Source: a virus (Duplodnaviria > Heunggongvirae > Uroviricota > Caudoviricetes). From it: DNA of 22,328 bases. Under the pieces are notes generated by a model. The model was given only the letters and a program-made list of their open reading frames with translations, ran no database searches and was not told the origin of the DNA. The stretch's first letter is position 1; each line of letters opens with the position of its first letter. The position numbers and the translations under genes are program-made. This document shows positions 16,879 to 22,328 of this stretch, one piece after another. The stretch lies in IMG/VR virus record IMGVR_UViG_648861009_000003, one strand, 5' to 3'.

Positions 16879-16963
16879 AGTCAGAGATAACAATCAACTA
16901 ATACTGTTTTGTTGATTTTTGCTTGTAATTGGCGTTCTGGTCTGAGTTTTGTGGAGTAAGTTG

Positions 16964-17347
16964 ATGCGTGATATTCAGATGGTTCTTGAGCGTTGGGGAG
17001 CGTGGGCGGCTAATAATCATGAAGATGTGACCTGGTCGTCCATTGCCGCCGGTTTTAAGGGATTAATTCCTTCAAAAGTAAAATCTCGCCCGCAATGTTG
17101 TGACGATGACGCGATGATCATTTGCGGGTGCATGGCCCGTCTGAAAAAGAACAACAGCGATTTGCACGATTTATTAGTAGATTATTATGTAGTCGGTATG
17201 ACATTCATGTCACTGGCAGGTAAGCATTGCTGCTCTGATGGTTATATCGGGAAAAGGTTACAAAAGGCTGAGGGCATAATTGAAGGGATGTTAATGGCAT
17301 TAGATATCCGGTTAGAGATGGATATCGTTGTTAATAACTCTAATTAA
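16964..17347 (+). CDS. quuD: Late-gene antiterminator Q (QuuD/phage 82 type)
   Basis: [60 protein letters not shown]... matches DLP12 QuuD; GGAG SD upstream of the ATG at 16964. Confidence 0.9.
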   Translation: MRDIQMVLERWGAWAANNHEDVTWSSIAAGFKGLIPSKVKSRPQCCDDDAMIICGCMARLKKNNSDLHDLLVDYYVVGMTFMSLAGKHCCSDGYIGKRLQKAEGIIEGMLMALDIRLEMDIVVNNSN

Positions 17348-17369
17348 TATGCCAATTGTTTACTAAAAA

Positions 17370-17525
17370 TTATTAAAAATGGGGCGTTGAGACGCCCCCA
17401 AAAATAAAGGGTAATATATAACAGAAGGTTTATATAGTTAGAAGCAAGGTTGTGCTTCTAAAGGAAGTGGCTTGAGGGAGCCACTTATATGTTGGGGAGG
17501 CAACGCCTCCCGCAACATATCTTTT
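17370..17525. promoter_or_regulatory. Cluster of four GC-rich hairpins between Q and the nmpC 3' end (candidate pR'/qut/tR' and/or nmpC terminators)
   Basis: ggggcgttgagacgcccc; agaagcaaggttgtgcttct; gtggcttgagggagccac; gggaggcaacgcctccc. Confidence 0.4.
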
Positions 17526-17536
17526 TCGTAATCAGA

Positions 17537-18619
17537 TTAGAACTGGTAAACCAGACCTACAGCAACGATGTCATCAGTATCAATACCAGCTGTTTTGGTA
17601 AACTTACTATCGTCAATTAAGTTGATTTTGTAATCAACAAAAGTGGACATGTTTTTATTAAAGTAGTAAGTAGCACCGACATCGACATACTTGACTAAGT
17701 CTCGGTCACCATGAACACCAAGGTCTTTACCTTTTGACTGAAGGTAAGCAACAGATGGGCGCAGACCGAAGTCAAACTGATATTGTGCTACTGCTTCAAA
17801 GTTTTGTGCTTTGTTTGCAATATGGTTATTACCAAAAACGGTCATATTCTGAGTTTCAGAATATGTGGTAGCCAGATAGATATTGTTCGCATCATATTTC
17901 AGGCCTGCAGCCCATACTTCCGCATTTTTGCCGGAGGCATTGAATTTGCTCTTACCATAGGCGACCTGACCGTCAGTGCGATCTGATTTAGCATAGGTTG
18001 CACCCACGCCGAATCCTTCATACTCATAAGTAGTGGAGAAACCGAAACCATCACCATTGGCTTCAGTTACGTCAGTGCGGTCATTTTTACCCTGATACTG
18101 AGCAGCAAAGTTCAGGCCATCGACCAGACCAAAGAAGTCGTTGTTACGATAAGTTGCAACACCAGTAGTGCGACCAGTCATGAACACATCTGTTTGGGTC
18201 CAGGTATCACCACCGAATTCTGGCAGGACGTCAGTCCACGCACCGATGTCGTATGCTACACCGTAGTTACGGCCGTAATCGATTGAGCCGTAATCACCAA
18301 ATTTCAGGCCTGCAAATGCAAGACGGGTTTTGTCTTTGGAAGAACCTTGAGATTCAGCGCGGTTGCCTTTGAATTCATATTCCCACTGACCGAAACCAGT
18401 CAGTTGATCGTTGATTTGGGTTTCACCTTTGAAGCCAAGACGGGCATAAGTAGTATCACCATCATCTGCATCATTAGAGGAGAAGTAGTGCTTAGCATTA
18501 ACTTTCCCGTACAGATCCAGCTTGTTACTGTCTTTATTATAAATTTCAGCTGCCTGAGCAGACATCGCCATCAGTACTGATGCAGCTACAGCAGAAATTG
18601 CCACTGTTAATTTTTTCAT
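17537..18619 (-). CDS. nmpC: Outer-membrane porin NmpC/Lc (OmpC/OmpF/PhoE family), prophage moron
   Basis: 360 aa with a signal peptide ([23 protein letters not shown]), AEIYNKD...LDLYGK start and C-terminal ...VAVGLVYQF, typical of general porins; located between Q and the lysis genes as in DLP12 and PA-2. Confidence 0.95.
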   Translation of the reverse strand: MKKLTVAISAVAASVLMAMSAQAAEIYNKDSNKLDLYGKVNAKHYFSSNDADDGDTTYARLGFKGETQINDQLTGFGQWEYEFKGNRAESQGSSKDKTRLAFAGLKFGDYGSIDYGRNYGVAYDIGAWTDVLPEFGGDTWTQTDVFMTGRTTGVATYRNNDFFGLVDGLNFAAQYQGKNDRTDVTEANGDGFGFSTTYEYEGFGVGATYAKSDRTDGQVAYGKSKFNASGKNAEVWAAGLKYDANNIYLATTYSETQNMTVFGNNHIANKAQNFEAVAQYQFDFGLRPSVAYLQSKGKDLGVHGDRDLVKYVDVGATYYFNKNMSTFVDYKINLIDDSKFTKTAGIDTDDIVAVGLVYQF

Positions 18620-19047
18620 CGTGAGCCCTTTTTTTTGAACTATTATTAAAAAATGATGTCACTGCGCGATAAATATTCATCTAATCAATGTGATTATTTC
18701 AAGATGTAAGTTTTGGTTTCTCGTTTAATTTGTGAAGTAGATCTCTATTTTTATCTGAACTTTTTTCTATCGAATCCTATTCATGGCTCTTGGCTGAATA
18801 AAAATAAATCTATTAGCCAATTTATATTAATGGCTGTTATTTATAAGTGCTCTATAATTTGAAGGTTCAATTTAAATTGGCTAAAAATAACGCTGGAAAT
18901 TATTTGTTGGTTATTTGTTGAGATTTGCTTATGTATTTGTAGTGGTGTTTTCAATACTCGGTAGCATTCTCGCAAATATCATTTAGTGGTTTACGTACGT
19001 AAAAAATTGGTTATGCTGTTAAGAGTGGTTACTTCGTCACACAGCTT

Positions 19048-19078
19048 AAACCCGCCGTCGAGCGGGTTTTTCCATTTT
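19048..19078 (+). terminator. Rho-independent terminator upstream of the holin gene (candidate tR')
   Basis: aaacccgccgtcgagcgggtttttcc: stem cccgc/gcggg followed by a T-run, about 115 nt upstream of the holin start. Confidence 0.5.
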
Positions 19079-19192
19079 TTGAGTCTCGATATTAGCTGAT
19101 AACCCAATACCTGAGTTATTCACTGACTCCGAGTCTGTTACGTTTCGTAGTATTCCCTCAATTTACACCCGCTTTGTCTGCGAGGTGGGGTT

Positions 19193-19408
19193 ATGAAATC
19201 CATGGATAAGTTAACAACGGGTGTCGCCTATGGCACCTCAGCAGGTAGTGCCGGGTACTGGTTTTTACAGCTGCTCGATAAAGTCACGCCCTCACAGTGG
19301 GCAGCAATAGGTGTGCTGGGTAGCCTGGTATTTGGCCTGCTGACGTACCTGACAAACCTTTATTTCAAGATTAAAGAAGATAAGCGCAAGGCTGCGAGAG
19401 GTGAATAA
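19193..19408 (+). CDS. essD: Pinholin S21 type with dual start (antiholin from Met1, holin from Met4)
   Basis: [71 protein letters not shown] matches phage 21 S21 / DLP12 EssD. Confidence 0.95.
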
Positions 19409-19905
19409 TGCCTCCATCATTACGAAAAGCTGTTGCTGCTGCTATTGGTGGCGGGGCTATTGCTATAGCATCTGTGTTAATCACTGGCCCAAGTGGTAAC
19501 GATGGTCTGGAAGGTGTGAGACATAATCCTTACAAAGACATAGTTGGTGTATGGACTGTATGTTACGGGCATACAGGAAAAGACATCATTCCCGGTAAAA
19601 CGTATACCGAAGCAGAGTGCAAAGCCCTCCTGAATAAAGACCTTGCCACTGTCGCCAGACAAATTAACCGGTACATCAAAGTCGATATACCGGAAACAAC
19701 GCGCGGCGCTCTTTACTCGTTCGTCTACAACGTGGGTGCTGGCAATTTCAGAACATCGACGCTTCTTCGCAAAATAAACCAGGGTGATATTAAAGGCGCA
19801 TGTGATCAGCTACGGCGCTGGACATACGCTGGCGGTAATCAATGGAAAGGACTGATGACTCGCCGTGAGATTGAGCGTGAAGTCTGTTTGTGGGGGAAAC
19901 AATGA
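19408..19905 (+). CDS. rrrD: SAR endolysin (R21-type lysozyme)
   Basis: 165 aa; N-terminal Gly/Ala-rich signal-anchor-release segment [20 protein letters not shown] followed by a lysozyme domain; TAATG overlap with the holin. Confidence 0.95.
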   Translation: MPPSLRKAVAAAIGGGAIAIASVLITGPSGNDGLEGVRHNPYKDIVGVWTVCYGHTGKDIIPGKTYTEAECKALLNKDLATVARQINRYIKVDIPETTRGALYSFVYNVGAGNFRTSTLLRKINQGDIKGACDQLRRWTYAGGNQWKGLMTRREIEREVCLWGKQ

Positions 19906-20369
19906 GCAGAGTAACCGCGATTATCTCCGCTCTGGTTATCTGCATCATCGTCTGCCTGTCATGGGCTGTTAATCATTACCGTGATAATGCAATCGCCTAC
20001 AAAGAACAGCGCGATAACAAGGCCAGTGAACTGGAGAAGGCGAACGCCACCATTACTGACATGCAGCAGCGCCAGCGTGATGCTGATGCACTCGATGATA
20101 AATACACGAAGGAGTTAGCTGATGCGAAAGCTGAAAATGATGCTCTTCGGCGCAAGCTTGATAATGGTGGTCGGGTGCTCGTCAAAGGAAAATGCCCTGT
20201 GCCATCCTCAGCCGAAACCTCCAGCGCCTCCGGCATGGGCAATGATGCCACCGTCGAACTCTCTCCAGTTGCTGGACGAAACGTTCTCGGTATCCGGGAC
20301 GGAATTATCCGCGACCAAACAGCATTGAGAACGCTTCAGGAATACATCAGGACGCAATGCCTTCGATGA
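19902..20369 (+). CDS. rzpD: Spanin inner-membrane subunit Rz
   Basis: Start at [23 protein letters not shown] (N-terminal TM) followed by a coiled-coil; ATGA overlap with the endolysin stop. Confidence 0.9.
   Translation: MSRVTAIISALVICIIVCLSWAVNHYRDNAIAYKEQRDNKASELEKANATITDMQQRQRDADALDDKYTKELADAKAENDALRRKLDNGGRVLVKGKCPVPSSAETSSASGMGNDATVELSPVAGRNVLGIRDGIIRDQTALRTLQEYIRTQCLR
20122..20328 (+). CDS. rzoD: Spanin outer-membrane lipoprotein Rz1, embedded in Rz in the +1 frame
   Basis: [21 protein letters not shown] has a signal peptide and VVGC lipobox, followed by a proline-rich segment [11 protein letters not shown]; classic embedded Rz1 arrangement. Confidence 0.8.
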   Translation: MRKLKMMLFGASLIMVVGCSSKENALCHPQPKPPAPPAWAMMPPSNSLQLLDETFSVSGTELSATKQH

Positions 20370-20860
20370 TAGCGATAATTTTACTCATCATCCTTCACAT
20401 CTGGCTCTGTAGACAGGGTGGTGCTCACTTCTGGAGTGAATCCAGATTAAACATCTCATTGCTGATGCTTGATATTGAGCATTTTGCGCGCGGTAAGGGG
20501 CTGCGTTGAGATAAGAGCCAGTCATTACAAATACCAGGATTTAGCCTCGCATTCGCGGGGCTTTTTATTGCCATTACAAAAGCCACTTCCTACAGAGTGG
20601 CTTTGATAATGGCTTATACCCTACACGGGATAACTTAACTGATATCCCTTTTAAAGGATAAAGGTATTCAAGCCTGACACATCATGCGCTGTATCGTCGC
20701 CGTATTCCCGTATTAACAGAGACCGTAGCCCGACGGGGAACTCCTTCTGCGCGAGTGTGCGGGAATAATCAATAACGATGCACACCGGGGTTACCGGGTA
20801 CACATATTTCATCATGCCAGCGAGTCCGGTTCTGGCACGGAAGAAACCGGACGTTATGAT

Positions 20861-21271
20861 TTAGTGCGGAAATATTTGTGTAGTGTTCTGAATGTTCTCA
20901 GTAAAGAGTAATGAATTATCAAAGGTATAGTAATACCTTTTGTTTTCGTGGATATTTGTAATCCATCTGAAAACCCCTGCTGTAGCAAGATTTTTCCTGT
21001 ATTCGTAAAATGATAACTCTCCTGATTTGAATCCTTTTAAGGTGGCTTCTATAAGGCATTTATTTTTTGAAAATCTTACATTTACAACCTTACTCTGTCC
21101 TTTTATTAAAACCGTATTATCGTTTTCAAGAACAAGATGAATATTCTCTGTGGCTAAATAGTAAATGTAATGTGAGACATTGTGACGTTTTAGTTCAGAA
21201 TAAAACCAGTGATAGTTTAAATTATTTCGCACTTTATCGAATATTTGTTTAAAAATGGCAACCTGAGCCAT
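20861..21271 (-). CDS. ybcV: YbcV-like protein (DUF1398)
   Basis: Start at [43 protein letters not shown]...; in the post-lysis accessory region as in DLP12; family assignment from memory. Confidence 0.65.
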   Translation of the reverse strand: MAQVAIFKQIFDKVRNNLNYHWFYSELKRHNVSHYIYYLATENIHLVLENDNTVLIKGQSKVVNVRFSKNKCLIEATLKGFKSGELSFYEYRKNLATAGVFRWITNIHENKRYYYTFDNSLLFTENIQNTTQIFPH

Positions 21272-21328
21272 TGTAGTACCTTCCATGTGATATGAAGGTA
21301 CCTAGTCTGCACGATTATCTAAATTGCT

Positions 21329-21562
21329 TCAATCTGGTCTGACCTGCTTTCTGAGCAATTCAGTAATGTCACTCTTTTCTTTGTTTGCTTCAGGCGAAAC
21401 TCTTTTTTCTGAGCACAGTCTTCGGCGGCAGGCTTCAATGACCCAGGCTGAGAAATTCCCGGACCCTTTTTGATCAAGAGCAATGTTAATTTGTTCAATC
21501 ATTTGGTTAGGAAAGCGGATGTTGCGGGTTGTTGTTCTGCGGGTTCTGTTCTTCGTTGACAT
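21329..21562 (-). CDS. YlcI/YnfO-like small protein with ribbon-helix-helix-like region
   Basis: 77 aa; basic N-terminus then IRFPNQMIEQINIALDQKGSGNFSAWVIEACRRRL, resembling Arc/CopG-type RHH; positioned before cos/nu1. Confidence 0.55.
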   Translation of the reverse strand: MSTKNRTRRTTTRNIRFPNQMIEQINIALDQKGSGNFSAWVIEACRRRLCSEKRVSPEANKEKSDITELLRKQVRPD

Positions 21563-21751
21563 GAGGTTGTCCCGTATTCAGTGTCGCTGATTTGTATTGT
21601 CTGAAGTTGTTTTTACGTTAAGTTGATGCAGATCAATTAATATGATACCTGCGTCATAATTGATTATTTGACGTGGTTTGATGGCGTAGATGCACGTTGT
21701 GACATGCAGATGATAATTATTATCATTTTGCGGGTCCTTTCCGGCGATCCG

Positions 21752-21950
21752 ACAGGTTACGGGGCGGCGACCTCGCGGGTTTTCGCTATTTATGAAAATT
21801 TTCCGGTTTAAGGCGTTTCCGTTCTTCTTCGTCGTAACTTAATGTTTTTATTTAAAATACCCCCTGAAAAGAAAGGAAACGACAGGTGCTGAAAACGAAC
21901 TTTTGGGCCTCTGTCGTTTCCTTTCTCTGTTTTTGGCCGTGGAATGAACA
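21752..21950 (+). other. cos: cos site: cosN with the 12-nt cohesive-end sequence GGGCGGCGACCT (21762..21773) plus cosB-like region up to nu1
   Basis: gacaggttacg|gggcggcgacctcgcgggttttcgctatttatgaaaattttccggtttaaggcgtttccgttcttcttcgtc... is essentially identical to the lambda genome ends as I recall them. Confidence 0.9.
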
Positions 21951-22328
21951 ATGGAAGTCAACAAAAAGCAGCTGGCTGACATTTTCGGTGCGAGTATCCG
22001 TACCATTCAGAACTGGCAGGAACAGGGAATGCCCGTTCTGCGAGGCGGTGGCAAGGGTAATGAGGTGCTTTATGACTCTGCCGCCGTTATAAGATGGTAT
22101 GCCGAAAGGGATGCTGAAATTGAGAACGAAAAGCTGCGCCGGGAAGTTGAAGAACTGCGGCAGGCCAGCGAGACAGATCTCCAGCCAGGGACTATTGAGT
22201 ACGAACGCCATCGACTTACGCGTGCGCAGGCCGACGCACAGGAGCTGAAAAATGCCAGAGACTCCGCTGAAGTGGTGGAAACCGCATTCTGTACTTTCGT
22301 GCTGTCGCGGATCGCAGGTGAAATTGCC
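21951..22328 (+). CDS. nu1: Terminase small subunit Nu1 (5' partial; runs off the window end)
   Basis: [71 protein letters not shown]... matches lambda Nu1; no stop before the window end. Confidence 0.95.
   Translation, partial: MEVNKKQLADIFGASIRTIQNWQEQGMPVLRGGGKGNEVLYDSAAVIRWYAERDAEIENEKLRREVEELRQASETDLQPGTIEYERHRLTRAQADAQELKNARDSAEVVETAFCTFVLSRIAGEIA

Noticed and set aside
16361-16901. X-containing ORFs on both strands across the second N-run
   Set aside because: Artefacts of translating Ns; only the ylcG flanks are meaningful.
17783-18580. Plus-strand ORFs (67 and 77 aa) inside nmpC
   Set aside because: Antisense to the porin gene; no features.
19477-20251. Minus-strand ORFs (61 and 84 aa) inside the endolysin and Rz genes
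   Set aside because: Antisense to well-supported lysis genes.
21852-22211. 119-aa minus-strand ORF and 68-aa plus-strand ORF overlapping cosB and nu1
   Set aside because: This region is the cos site and the nu1 start, both matching lambda; the ORFs are antisense or out of frame.
1-22328. tRNA, rRNA or CRISPR features
   Set aside because: No cloverleaf-like conserved tRNA motifs or rRNA-like segments were recognised by eye; the expected tRNA att target lies outside the window beyond the int 3' end. A tRNAscan/Infernal run would be needed to exclude small RNAs.

Overview
This window is the integrase-to-cos portion of a mosaic lambdoid prophage (DLP12-like and lambda-like modules) from an E. 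coli-like enterobacterium. All protein identities below come from reading the supplied translations and recalling known families; no database search was run. Gene order, left to right: int and xis (minus strand, window starts at the int stop codon); small early-left genes including a TraR/DksA zinc finger; lambda-type exo-bet-gam; an early-left leader with no recognisable N homolog; a two-gene accessory operon immediately downstream of, and co-oriented with, an S24/LexA-type CI repressor; divergent Cro-like (YdaS-type) and YdaT-like genes; a chimeric O gene carrying five iterons, then lambda P and ren; an AT-rich accessory insertion (DUF4041/T5orf172-family gene, Bro-N gene, 174-aa membrane-anchored protein) bracketed by ~90-bp direct repeats; a DLP12-type nin region (ybcN, ninE, ybcO, rusA, ylcG); Q antiterminator; an intact NmpC/Lc porin moron; an S21-type lysis cassette (pinholin, SAR endolysin, Rz/Rz1); ybcV- and ylcI-like genes; a lambda-type cos site and the 5' part of nu1. 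The best candidate for an undescribed system is the repressor-linked operon at 5876..7278, which sits in the slot lambda uses for rexAB and pairs a minimal pol-beta-type nucleotidyltransferase with an unrecognised 310-aa protein. The two N-runs (4369..4814 and 16400..16760) look like scaffold gaps rather than biology: the flanks of the first are two error-laden copies of gam, and the flanks of the second are the two halves of ylcG with about 3 nt missing. No rRNA, tRNA or CRISPR array was recognised.
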